A stretch of 64,000 nucleotides of DNA from Perkinsus olseni (taxonomy: Eukaryota). Below are positions 42,493 to 54,559 of the stretch, one piece after another. A program made the translations under genes and the position numbers. The notes under the pieces are model-generated. The model did not search any database, was not told the DNA's origin, and saw nothing but the letters and a program-made list of their open reading frames with translations. The stretch spans positions 1-64,000 of the forward strand of contig JABANN010000033.1 in NCBI GenBank assembly GCA_013115125.1. Direction: 5' to 3'. Each line of letters starts with the position of its first letter. Position 1 is the stretch's first letter.

Positions 42493-45400
42493 ATGACAAG
42501 GGAAGCCCTTCAGATGGTGCGGCTGCCGCTCCCTGATCTGCCTCACGACCCCTCCGCGATCGGAAGTCTGTTCCAAGCGTCAGGGACTGAGGCGTCGCCT
42601 GTGGGCCTTAGTGATGACAGCGTGGCCAAGGCTCGTGCTAAATTGGACAGGGCGCGGGACGAGATAGATTCTGTCGATATCGCTGAGTGGCGCTCCTTTT
42701 CTAAGAGACTCAATGCGCTAGATGGACTCACGAAGGAAGTGAGACTAAGCGTCTCCGTAGACTACTCACAGCCGTTCCTTAGATACGTTCCCGAGTGGGG
42801 GTCGATGCACCTCTGATTAACAACGCATGGGCCAAGTTCTACGAGGTACTGGCTGCCTTTGGAACGAGGATATTCGGTAGCTGCAAAACAGAGGAGAAAC
42901 TGCGGACCATGCACCTCTGCGAATGCCCTGGTGGATTCCTGGCAGCCCTCAACGTGTATCTGAGTAGGGACAACGCATTCTCTTATTGCAGCGTTGCACG
43001 CCTCGCCTCGGAAGCTCCTTCGTCCGACGGTGGCGTCGGTGTGATTTTCCTTATCAGACATAACTCGGCCGGAGTCCGTGCCGGAGTGGCAGTGGATGGG
43101 GGCGTCCTTGAATCCTTATCATGAGGCCAATGACCTCAATCAGATGGTGGACGATGATGCACTGTATAGACGGACGCAAGATCGCTGGTGGGGTCGTGTC
43201 GCTGGCCTCAACACTCTCACTGCGTCATGGTAGGTGGACCGGCCCAGATGGCTCAGGAGATATCCTCCAGCCGGGTGCTGCTCAAGACCTATGGTAAGAC
43301 CAAGGTCGCCACTTTTGAGGCAGCCCTCGCTGATGAAGGTTCGGGTCTCGGGCCGTCGATGGCAAATGCCAGCTTGTAACTGCGGATGGCAGTATGGACG
43401 TGCAGTACGATCCGAACAAGTAGCGCCGTTAGACGGTCAAGGTATCAGATGCGTCGCGCAGATGCTTTCTCGTCAGGCAAGAGAGCCTCTGCTTGCCGAT
43501 AATATTCCGGGAACTCCTTCTGGCCATCGGCCTTCTGCGTCCTGGTGGCACCTTCGTGATGAAGGCTTATTCTCTGCTGGATGACTCGACGGTAGCGGCC
43601 CTGAGTTTGGCAGGGTCCATGTTCGATGCTGTGGAGGTCGTGAAGCCGGTGGCCAGCAAGCCGGCCAACAGTGAAACGTAGGAGTGCTCTCTTAGGTTTC
43701 AATCATTGGCCTTGCGGCCCCGTTGGCGGTCTCCATCGTACGTTTTGTCAAGTCGTATCTAGAACTTAATATCCCTCGAATAACCCTGCCAGAATCCCCC
43801 TGCAAGGTACTGGGTTTGTCTAGGGTTTCGTGGGCTCACTAAGGACGATGGCGAGTGGCTCAGGCGTGCACTTGCTGTTGAAGGTGGGGTTGACAGGCCT
43901 GAGTGGTGATTATTCTGGACTGGAATTTCTTGTCCTTGGTTCGTTGGCAGATCCGCGGCTCGAGCTGAGATTGCCGGCGACCGCCAGCCAGTGCTCCAGG
44001 GAGTTCGTTCACGCTGCCCGCCAGACTGCAGTGAAGCTGGCTGACAGACAGGCGGAAGCCATCAAGTGCAAACTGTCCAGTTGGCGAGAGAGGGACGACT
44101 CTGATCCACAGCCCTACCCGAAGAAGCGGAAGACCGTCGAGAGTCTCAGCGGCGAGTACGTACGCATACTGATACCAGACGACTTCGATTTCACCTCGGT
44201 GAAGCCACTACTGCCGACTGACGCTGTCGGTCGTCTTGGTGGGGTGGACAGTAGACGAGCTAGTCGTGGTACGGTGGATGATAGGCGGCACGATCACGAG
44301 GAGGATGCGGCGCTCAAAGAGTTGCGAGACAGACTGCCAAACCATGCCACGTTCTGCATGGAGGCGGTCACTGGTCCGGCGAGTGAAGTTCCTCGAGTGG
44401 CTCAGGAAGAGGCAACCGATTGGCCGACGTTCATGCTGACTTCGGAGCAGCTGTCCGGGTGCCCGGGAGCTTACAAAAGAATGACGGGCTTCGCTCAGGA
44501 GAGTAATGCCAAGATCCCGAGCTCTAGTTCTGTTGTCTACAGCCCCTTGGTTTGGAACGCCAGCGAGCTGAAGGCTCTTGTTCGCAAAAGACTGCTGCGT
44601 TTCGAGAAGTTCCCGACAGTCCAACCTCGATCTCCCGGTGATGCTGTGGCGTGTTCCCTCGCAAACAACGAGCGTACCCGAGCTGTCATTTCCGAGCTTC
44701 TCAAAGTACATTCCTGCATCGACCCCGATCACGTGTCAACATGGGACACTCCCATCCACGGTGCCTCAGCAAAGGGAACAGCTGACGTCAGCGTTAAGAC
44801 GCTGGCAGATCGCAGTGCATTGGTCGACCCGTTCTCTCGTCAATTCGACCCGACAACCAGGGCTGAGCTGCTTCAGTCTGCCGTTGCCGGCGTAGAGGCG
44901 TTGACCCCTGGTGGCTCGAGCGTCCTACTGCTGGAGCTGAGTGGGGCTCCTGTGGCGGCGGTATGGCTCGGCAGTCTACTCTTCAGACTCGCCCAACTGT
45001 TTGGCAAACTGAAGTTAGTACAGCCTTGTTCAGGTAGGAGTCCTCTGAGAGCTTCTACACCGTCCGTGGCAACCATGCTTTAGATAACTCTGTCTTGAGA
45101 TGTAGCAGCTGGGTTGTGTGTATCGGACGCCTCAGTGGCGGCAGGTCGAAGTCCAGTCTGAGAGCTCTCCGAGGGGCTGCGGCATCTGGCGATGTATTCA
45201 CGCCTCTGGCTCCGACGACTTGCACACTGTGAGGATACTACTCTGCATCAGTGAGTGATTTCGGCTCTTCGGTTCAGATTCGCACCGTTCCGTCAGTGGC
45301 TCGGAGATGTTAACGAGATGTTCATAAGAAGTCAGGTCCGGTAAGTTCCCCTGACAAACAATCCCTTGTGGAATTCTTGGGCCTCGTAGGTACTGGTTGG

Positions 45401-46196
45401 CCTCACCCATAGAGGCCGACTCGAGGACCGTGGCCTTGAAATTTCTAGCGGAGCGAGGCATCAAGCGTTACACGTTCGAGGGAGCCGCCACGAGGACCGT
45501 TGGTGTATTCTTTGGTACGTTCGACCCAATCCATGAGAACCACTGGGCTATCGTTGAATATGCTCTCTCTAACGAGCTAGTCACTTCGGTGGTGCTGGTC
45601 GCCAATGCCGAGAACAACCCATCGAAGCCCAAGGCCACCGATCTCAAGACCAGACAAAGCCTACTGCGAGAACGTGTCAGAGTATCGGGTATGGAAGATA
45701 GAGTGACAGTCGCCACCGGGTACTCGAGGAACAGCCAGCGCTGGGCGGATCGGGAGGCTCTTGCCCACGCTCTGGTCGGCGACATGGCTGCCGCCACAAC
45801 CGACGTCCTAGTGCCGGTCATCTTGTGTGGAGAGGACTCTTTTATGAAAGCCTTGAAAGGGAGCACCCGAGACAAAACTACCCGTCATTTCATCGGCCTC
45901 GCCGAACTAGACACGAGCATCATAGTATTCCCAAGGTCCCCAAGTGCAGAAGCACTGAAGAACGCGGTAGGCGAGGTTCCGCCGAGGATACGTCGGAGGG
46001 TAAGTTGCCCGCCGTGGCATGTGCTGCTCACCGCTCTGCTCAGGTATCGGTGGCGGAAGGATACTCCGATCCGCATCCAGGGCTCTCTTCCTCCCGAACA
46101 CGAGCTGCCATAGCCGAGTCCTCGGGATTGGAGGCTCCTGGTGTAGACCAATCCCTCCTCGCCTTTATACGTGAACGTAAACTTTATCAACAATAG
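42493..46196 (+). CDS. CMTR2: Cap2 mRNA 2'-O-methyltransferase (CMTR2/FTSJD1-like) with a predicted C-terminal NadD/NMNAT-like nucleotidyltransferase domain
   Basis: NAWAKFYE, HLCECPGGF, SLNPYHEAN, VTADGS, GGTFVMK, KPVASKPANSE(T)YW give the K-D-K-E tetrad. Three 49-50 bp GT-AG introns join this in frame to FFGTFDPIHENH..CGEDS..LSSSRTR..FIRERKLY. Confidence 0.8.
45390..46196 (+). CDS. NadD/NMNAT-like (cytidylyltransferase superfamily) domain exons, probably the C-terminal part of the CMTR2 gene
   Basis: GTFDPIHENH (HxxH motif), NPSK, GEDS, SSSRTR; intron 46000-46043; no in-frame ATG before the HxxH motif. Confidence 0.8.
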
Positions 46197-46273
46197 TGTC
46201 GTCAGTGCCCGTCAGTTGAGTTCGTCAATAAGCTCGGAAGATGCACAGATTCGACATATTTAGTAAAAGACTA

Positions 46274-46880
46274 ATGGCTGTCTATGAGGAGTCCCCTGTG
46301 AGACCGAGACGAATCGGTTTGATCTACACGCCGACGCCCACACTTGTGCTAGAGTTCGCAAAACTGAACGGCAGACTGTACCATAGGCGTATGCCGTTGC
46401 CGCGGCTGAGTCCCGTCTCTGACCCGGCTGAAGTTGTTCAAAGGCTTAGAAATAGATTCCAAGATTACCTCCCACAGCACTTGGTGTCAGAAGAGCAGGT
46501 GAGGACACGGCGCTCGTTGTTACACTGCTTACGACGAAGCTTGTGTTCAGTTGCTCGGACTCGTGAAGAGACTGAGAGAACACGCGCCCCGACGGAGTAG
46601 TCAGGAAGCAACGGTTGGGATTACATCCGACACGACAGATTTTAACAAGTTGAATAATGACGAACTTTCGAAAGCGAAGGCCAGAATGGATGTCGCCTTC
46701 GAACAGAACCAAGTGAGATTCGATTGAGCCTCCCACGGGGATGGAGGGTTTCTGAATTAGGTGCATCCCGGTGACCCTGACTTTATCTACGATCTCGAAG
46801 TGTCGTTTGACGGGGGCGCGGGCACTGGGAAGGCTAACGACTGGGATGAGTGGAGCGAAGAGGAGGAAGTGGTGCTGTAA
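46274..46880 (+). CDS. CEP19: Centrosomal protein CEP19-like, spliced
   Basis: RPRRIGLIYTPTPTLVLEF..LYHRRMPL; DLNKL-like FNKLNNDELSKAKARMDVAFEQNQ; PGDPDFIYDLEVSF..DWD. Confidence 0.8.
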
Positions 46881-47111
46881 CATTCGTGAACGCCAGTCAG
46901 TTGCAAAACTGTTGACTCACCGCGATCCCCCCCCCCATCACCCCCATCCAATGTTGAGTTTTCTGTCGTAGAACTCGTGGATGCTGGGGAGATTCTCAAC
47001 ATTGGACAGGGGGTGAGGGGGAGAGACGACAATGGTGGCAATGAAGCACGCCCACTGACGTACTGACTTATGAAATTGACTGGCCTTGCGTTGGACGTTA
47101 AATGCTGCAAA

Positions 47112-47183
47112 AGTCGCTACCCGGATTTGAACCGGGGTTGTCACGGCCACAACGTGACGTCCTAACCACTAGACGATAGCGAC
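47112..47183 (-). tRNA. tRNA-His(GTG)
   Basis: Full cloverleaf: GTCGCTA/TAGCGAC acceptor, TCACG-TTGTGGC-CGTGA anticodon arm, CCCGG-TTCAAAT-CCGGG T arm, followed by TTTT. Confidence 0.96.
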
Positions 47184-47465
47184 TTAACATCGATGTCTAG
47201 GGAGCGGCTTAGTCCGATCACGTGGGATATAGGAAAGCATTAACACCCACTGCTTCGGAAACTCAAGTTAGATTACGTATCAGATGCGCAACCATCCCTA
47301 GCAGAAAGAATCCTCCATACGGAAAATCCTATCAACCGAACACATTTGCAATACTGTTACAGTATCACTGTGAAATCAACAAAATACTATATTCGTGCCG
47401 GTTGGGACTGGGACTAGACACAACTCGCGAGAAATGACAGAAACTCAGCATTTGAAGGAACATGT

Positions 47466-49674
47466 TCATTTTTTAGTAGTGGCACGTTGCTGTTCCGGTA
47501 TCGGATGAATCTCGCTAGTGTAAGGCAGGCCCGTATTGGGGGGAGACGGTCGATGCCGAGACTGGCGATGATCTCTAACGGCACTGTCCTCCATCGCCTT
47601 GTCGTGAATGTAACTGAGCAGCGAAACCTCAGCCACCATCAACTTCCGAGTCTTACCCCAATTTTGTTCGCAACACAACGACTTGCTCGTCCTTCTGATC
47701 ATCCGTGAGCTTACTCCAGAAACAATCATGTACCACTACTGAGTAGATGCCGAAATGCCGCATCAGCCGCAGTTTATGGGCCACTACGCCCGACACCTGG
47801 AACCTCAGCATACACTGTAGAAGCACATCCTGAAAGATCTCCCTCTCACTTTCGGAGCATCAGGGGCGATAGGGTGCAGGTAGTCGTACTCGAAAGCTAT
47901 GCCCGGGTTCAATTTATGCCCAGCGAAGATCGTATGCTGCTCGTCGTCTGACAGGCGAACACTGAGAGAATGTGCCGGCGGCAGAATGACAGCACCTGGG
48001 CGTCCAACACTGCAGTTGATGAGAGCCTGAGTGTTGGTACGCTTGAAAGCTGCATCAACATCAAGCTGGAGCCTCTCCGACCCTTGCGGTTGGGCCGGTA
48101 GTAATATCTACTAATCTCATCCCCAGCAGTGCCTCCCGAAGTTCCTACGTTTCGAAGCCATGTAGTGTGGAGTTTCAGCTGAACCTCCATCGGCACCGCC
48201 TTCTTCGCTGGGATTTCCACCTCGGGTTTCTCAACGTCCAGCGAGTACAGAGTCATATAGAGATGGTACCCAGCCCAGCCTACGCAACAGATGCCGAATC
48301 TGGGGAGCGCTCCACTCACCCATGCCGTCAGCAATTTTCTCGCTGGTAATGCCACTGCAGGCGTTAGCCAGGAACACCGGTAGAACGAACTCGCCTGAGG
48401 GGCCTCGAAGGTCGTACCTGGTCAATCGATCTCACCGGGATGGAGAATATCCGCCTGCCTACATCCCGTGAAGAGTCATAGCGTAAGCCAGCTGCGCCCA
48501 GTCGTTGATGGAGCCCGCCTCGGGTATATTCCCATACCGTACAAAGGCCTCGGTGATGACTCGCTCTAGTAGGCCGCTGAAGTCCTTGTTATAACACTCA
48601 TAAACCACCATCAACTCTTTCGAATCTGAACTTCCGGGCCCTCCTCAGCCACATACCCTCAGCAATGATACGTCTCTTGCCATCCCCTCCTCTGAAGGAG
48701 TTGAACCGATTCCCCCCCTGGTTGTCGCCGAGGCCGAGCACCGCCATACTGTGCGCTGCATTGGCCAACGCCTCCAAACGATACTGCGATACGTTACCTG
48801 CTGCCGACAAAATCGAAGGGAAGCCAACGGATTGGACTAACTCTCAATTCCCTGTAGTATGATAGGCACTAGGGCAGGAGGCCGATAGTGGAGGCAGGCC
48901 AAGGCATAGAGAAGACCCAGGTGGTCACGGGGACGGATCTGAAGCGACAATGGACAACCTTCCGGTGGAGAGTGCCGGTCTGAAGTAAGGTGTACCTTAT
49001 CAGCTTCACTGACGAGATCAGACGCGAGGAAGCGGAACATCTTTGTCGAAGTTAAGGTCTGACGATCTCGTACGGACCAGAAGGAGTGCCAATCGAAGCA
49101 ATAACCAAGGCATATCATACACCTAGGCCATACCCCTGCCGCTCCCTACAGGCTGTCGTTACTACCGGACGAGGAACTCCATAGAAGGATAGTCCTCCCG
49201 CTTTTGGTACTGCTTGTAAAGTCCAAGTACCTGTTGGCTACAACGTGCTTGGCAGGAGTCAGGCATGCTAGTAGTACTCGGGCTGGGTTGCCGCCCTTCC
49301 GCATGGCCTTATGCAGACGTTTGAGGAAGAACTCGGACATACCCCCGGGAGGTATCATCTGGTAAATCCTGACGGAAATCATAGTAGAAGAAGTATTGCG
49401 GCGGCGCTACCGCGTCAAGTCCATTTTCTTGAGCTCCTTCGGCAGCATCGTGTCGAGAACCGACTGCTGCGTCATGTTGGTACGAGGCGCGACGTACGGG
49501 CCCGAAAGACCTGACCGCCGTGGCATTTATGCTCGAGGAGATCCTCCCCGGAGGAGTACCCGCCAACTGAGTCGGATCCTTCGGTTCGACATAGCCGTAG
49601 TGCCGAACTGATGTACGAAGATACGGAGCAGCCTGCAGTTGGCACCTTAGGTTGGTGCGTGCAGGTCTCCACAT
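47466..49674 (-). CDS. Probable RAP-domain helical protein, possibly mitochondrial, multi-exon
   Basis: Basic, acid-poor N-terminus MWRPARTNLRCQLQAAPYLRTSVRHY; C-terminal GIAFEYD..AHKLRLMRHFGIYSVVVHDCFWSKL resembles the RAP pattern. Confidence 0.55.
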
Positions 49675-49862
49675 AGATAAGGACAAGCTAGGCTGACGAA
49701 CCGTCTTTCCTGTAGCCCCCCGGTTAATGATGACTGACTCGAGCACGACTCGTGATATATGCTACACGAAACGGTGCAACTGGACAGCTGTGATGTATGC
49801 TAGGCTTTACAAGCAACAAAATTACAGGCGGCGTCATCAAGCGTAGGCCAGAAACGAGGAAA

Positions 49863-51400
49863 TCATAACTCAGTCGAGAAGTTGAACGCAGCGGACGACG
49901 CGCTCATATCGGTCAGGTCACCGTTGGTGACGAAGTACTTTTCGTACAGCACCTGGGCTATCCTGTACCATGCAAATAAGACGGCGATGAAGCAGATGAC
50001 CTGATGGGAGGGAAAGCATCCGACCCAGGTTCGATCCCACCAGGCGGCAAATGCTCGTTGCTCGGTGAACCAGACGAGTTCGCTCCCACCAGTATTACAA
50101 TTGGGATGAAGAAGAGATACAGCCACCGTGGGAAAGGCGCTTCATTTTGCTTGTCCATGAAAGCCTTGCGTTCCGAACAGTCCTTCTCGAGGAAGTACCT
50201 GTGGCAAGGTGAGGATAACGCAACTAAGCACTCACCGCTGGACCTACTCAGGGAAGCAGATCTCGCCGAAAAGATCTGCCGTACCAGGGGATGCTGTTAC
50301 CGATACTGCCTGCGAATGAACGACAATGCCAACAGGGCAGTTTTACGGAGGAGGAGTATCACCACAAAGGAGAGGACACAGCCGGCCTCTCGGAAAGGGG
50401 AATTGGTATCTTCCGCCGAGGTTGCTCCATTAAGATCAATATCCAACTTGACCTCCACATCGCCTTTTTCGTTCGTCTGCAACAAGAGGCCAATAAATTT
50501 TCACTGCCACGCAAGGGACGTTGTGAGGTAGCTTTTTTGAGCAATAGACTTAGTCTCCCTTCTATGCCAGTAGACTTGTATTACCTCCTTCATAAACTTC
50601 TCCCACTCGTCAGTGTGCCCGGCGTTCTTCCTCTCAAGCATGTGACGGAACCGCTGCATTTTCCGATCCTGCAAGCCCTTCGAAACCGATGCCTTGATGG
50701 CGTTGATGAACCCTTGGAGATCAGTACCTAGTCCCGGATGCAAAGGCAGGGAATTGAACCTGCGGCCTACCAACATCAGCGATCTCTCCATCGTAGAAGA
50801 GCTCGAGGCGGACACCATCCTCGCTGTCCTGGACACGCATGAGCCGGACGTCGGCCAAGACGAAATCGTGGTTGTTGAACTCGAAAGTCATTCGCGGCTT
50901 CGCATCCTCATAAATCGGGCAGCCGGCAGCCGACCTGAACCATCATTTCCCCAGATCTCGCTCCGCTGTACAACCATTCGGTAAAAATGTAATTGTTGCC
51001 GATGAAGATGTTACACGGTGAGCAGTAGCCCTATTACTTCCACTTGGCAAGGGACTGCTCCTTTGGGGAGGCCCCTTCTGCTGCTTCATAAACCTTCGGC
51101 ACAAAGCTGGACGAGTGAGGGTTCGCGGTCTCGAGGGAAGCCATCCGGGAATATGATACCAACTAAGCCCGAGGCGTTGGATTGACTCATCAATAGTCAA
51201 TCCTGCGATCATGTAAACATGGTGATATGAGCGGCCGACCAACCCATGAAAATAGACGATAAACCGCAACAATGTACATCGCTCCGCTGCAAGCTTTTCT
51301 CGCCCGCCACCATCGGCTGTTTCTTTCAAGAAGCCGAAGGTGTTCGCGAAAGCCGTGGCCGCGGTACCGGCTATAGAAGCACTGAGATGGTGTCGGAAAC
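49863..51400 (-). CDS. Hypothetical membrane protein, multi-exon; start uncertain
   Basis: Spliceable exons with hydrophobic segments (RWLYLFFIPIVIL / VICFIAVLFAWY); ends FSTEL*. Confidence 0.45.
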
Positions 51401-51727
51401 ACCCCCCTCCCAGCGACCCAACTCTCTATTCACAGGTGTAGTACTTAGGCCTACAGACTGGCTCTAGTAACCTCTCTCGTTCCTTTTCTGCATGCGCTTT
51501 GGTCTTAGCCTGGCTCTCACAACTGCTATATTGAACGGTGGGCAGTAGGTCGTGATTGAGGTAGACTATTCTAATTCAGCATCATTGGCCCGTCTCAAAT
51601 TCGTCCCGAGTCTTTCTGCGTTGTCTACTAGCTTGTGTCGCGTATTCGGTTTTGGCTCCCTCCCGAAGGCGTGTCTTGCTGCTGCTGCTGTTGCAGTTGA
51701 TGTGATAAAGGCCATCGACCTTACTAT

Positions 51728-53211
51728 ATGACTCTGGTCGTTGCAAGCCCCCGCAATACTACTCATAGTACTACTGGTAAGCCTGATGCTGGCGAAGCCG
51801 TGACCTCTGTTCACCTCCCGGGTAGCATGGGTGTGCCCTTCCCGAGCCATGTTCAGCTGACTGGTGCCACTGGTCGCTATGCTGATGATGTCAACGGAGG
51901 CTATGCCCTGCAGCCTTCCTGCGAGGGTAACCTCGACAAGAAGTGGCAATTCTGCTACTCCAAAACTGACTCGAAAACGTCCGAAGGGGTCAAGAGAATT
52001 ATGTGCTACGGTGAGGGTCTACCTGAGCTAGGAAGCACCGAAACTGCCAAGGGGCTGGCGGGTTGGGTGGTGGGCCTGCTGAACGATGGCTCTGAAGGCG
52101 GTAGTCTATTTGTCGTGGCTCGGTGCGTGAAACCTGTGAACGACTCTGATTCTGGATTTAGATGGGAAATTAGAGACAAGAATGGCAAGTTCAATTCCAT
52201 TGAGACTATGGACGCCCGTTTAGTAATGGCTTCCTCCTCTACCATCCCAACAGCAGCTGCCGCCGTCGACTCTGCCGGATCACCGACAGCAGTCCAAGAT
52301 GCCACCGCCTTGATTAAGAAGCAACTACACATCGGCAGCCCAAGGAAGCCCGAAGAAGAAGCCCCAACGAAGCAACAACAGAAGATTGCTCTCACCAATC
52401 TCCTCGCTCATGCCCAAGCACAGATGGAAGCCGCTACCACCAGTAGTGGTGGTATTTTAACCCATCAGCCGTCTAATAGCGAGAGTAGCGATAAGTCCTC
52501 AAAGTAAGTCCAGAGCTTTGCTGTCTGTCGCCGGTATTGCAATTGTAGGCGTTTATTGTCAGGCACTCGTCTAAGGGGAAGTCTCGTCATCCCACAACGC
52601 CATTGTCCGCCAATGCACCTGCCTTTGTCCCTCGTCATTCTTCGTTGTCGGCTACTGCGCCACCTTTCGTACCGCACCAGAAGCAACAGCAGAAGTCTGC
52701 TCAATCTCCGATTCAGTCCAAGTCCTTTGGCTCTAATACTAGCAGTATCGAGCAGCTCTTCAGAAATGCCCATCTGCAACAAGGAGTACGTGTCAATGCA
52801 CAACTTCGTAAAGTCAGTTGGAACTTGGGTGCCGTCCGTGATCAATTGAAGACCATTGCTCCTGGTGAAGGCTTGGTCAGTGCCACCTTCCGGTTGCCTC
52901 TTGATGACTTTACTCCTGGCCCCCCGATGAAGTTCAAGTTCTTCCCCTTCGGCATCTCTGGCAAATCAGCTCCTGGATGCGTTGCTTTCGAATTGGACTG
53001 CCCACAGGGAGCTCGCATGAAGTTCCGAATCAGTATTGGTGACCTAAGTAGCGGTACTAAGGTCCTTATGGGTAACGCGTTCTATGTCGACTTTGATGCA
53101 GCTAAGCTAAATACAGATAAGGGTGACGCCTCTCAAGACAGTGGTGTGGTACAGGCGATCAAGTTCGACGAACTGGTTGTCTCGTTAGAGCTATTGGACT
53201 GGCTCCAGTAG
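51728..53211 (+). CDS. Hypothetical protein with two PAM2-like motifs and a C-terminal MATH-like beta domain; one intron at 52504-52562
   Basis: LSANAPAFVP and LSATAPPFVP; C-terminal SATF..FKFFPFG..VAFEL..KFRISIG. Confidence 0.65.
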
Positions 53212-54559
53212 CAGTCCTCCCCAGTATGAGAGTCCATCGGCAGCAGCTTTGTTGTTGCCGATGCGACCTATGATGATGATGTAACACGACTGTTCTTGTT
53301 GTAGTAGTGTAATAGTTCTACTAAAGAGGTCGTGTTGGTGGTATTCGTGAGATGACTATGAAGCTGGTGTTGCTGCCACTATTACCCAATACGCGATTCC
53401 TAATGAGTACCTGCTGACTAGTTCTCAGCAGTTACTCCTCCTTTATAACTTAGCAGATGATATGAGTGTTGTTGAGAAAGATTGGTAGCAGTTTGCCACC
53501 GGCTAGTGCAGTCATCATCAAAGCAGTGTGTTCTACTATTTCCCACCGTCCTACTATACGTCTGTGGTTGTCGCTACTATGCTATAACAGCTGCTGCTAT
53601 TGACGTCGTTTATCATCTCAGTGTGCGAGGATTATTGAGTCGGGACAACAGCAACCTGTATGACCTGCAAGACTGTATGGTGTTTGAGTAATGATAATAT
53701 TTACCGCGATAATTTCCTGTTTCGACATGAGTCATGATGATGATTATGGTTTAGAAGCGATCTGTATTCGTCCGTACTATTGGAGTACCCTCCCGTTGCC
53801 TCCTCGTGTGTTACCAACATCTGGTAGTTCTTACTACGTCATCAACCCACGAGTAGCTCCTCTGAAGCAGCAGTATTGTTTGAAGACTACGTGGCTGTCA
53901 TTGTAGTATTGGTGCTTTTTTGGCGCCTTGTGTGACCTCGCCGCGCTAGCTGATGTTGTCACTGACTCGCGATCAGAATCGTTTTCAGTGTCCATCGCAT
54001 CTTACTCTTCCTGCCCGCTGCTCGATGGTAGCTATACGGAGCGACAGGTGTGTTTGCTTGCTGCTCGCTGGATATCGTGTATGCTGCAGCAAGTGGCGGC
54101 ATTTTGTGCTGCTACAATTGCTGTTTCTCTCATAAGTCATCAACGGTTACAGAGCAATTGCTTGTTGTGTTTCTTGTAAAACTAGGTGGGGGAGGCTAGT
54201 CACGTCAACAGAGCTATCAATACGTCCGCAGCAACAAGCGAACTTCAGTTCGACAGAGTGTGTTGCCGGATGGGAAACTTCCGCTGAGAACCCGCTGAAG
54301 GATCTAAGTAATCCGCATTCGTTGTGTGTAAGTCAGTTCAAAGCCCAACACCGCATTCGCTGTCATTCAAGTAACCCTACTCGAGCCGCGAACGGGAACT
54401 CAGAAGCCGCAAACGTCCGAGTGGCAGATTCTGGTAACTTCTACTCCCAGACCCCGCTACTAGACGAACGCAGCATGAGTTATAACAGGAAATGATTATC
54501 CGAAACAGTCTGAAGCCTAGCTTCTGCCAAGCAGAAACCGGGTATTGTTAGAATAAGAA

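Noticed and set aside
44208-44732. Antisense ORFs over coding exons (also 25558-26271, 50004-50531, 15068-15478)
   Set aside because: Shadows of GC-rich real exons on the opposite strand.
53220-54500. Short hydrophobic ORFs
   Set aside because: Low-complexity UTR-like sequence between convergent genes.
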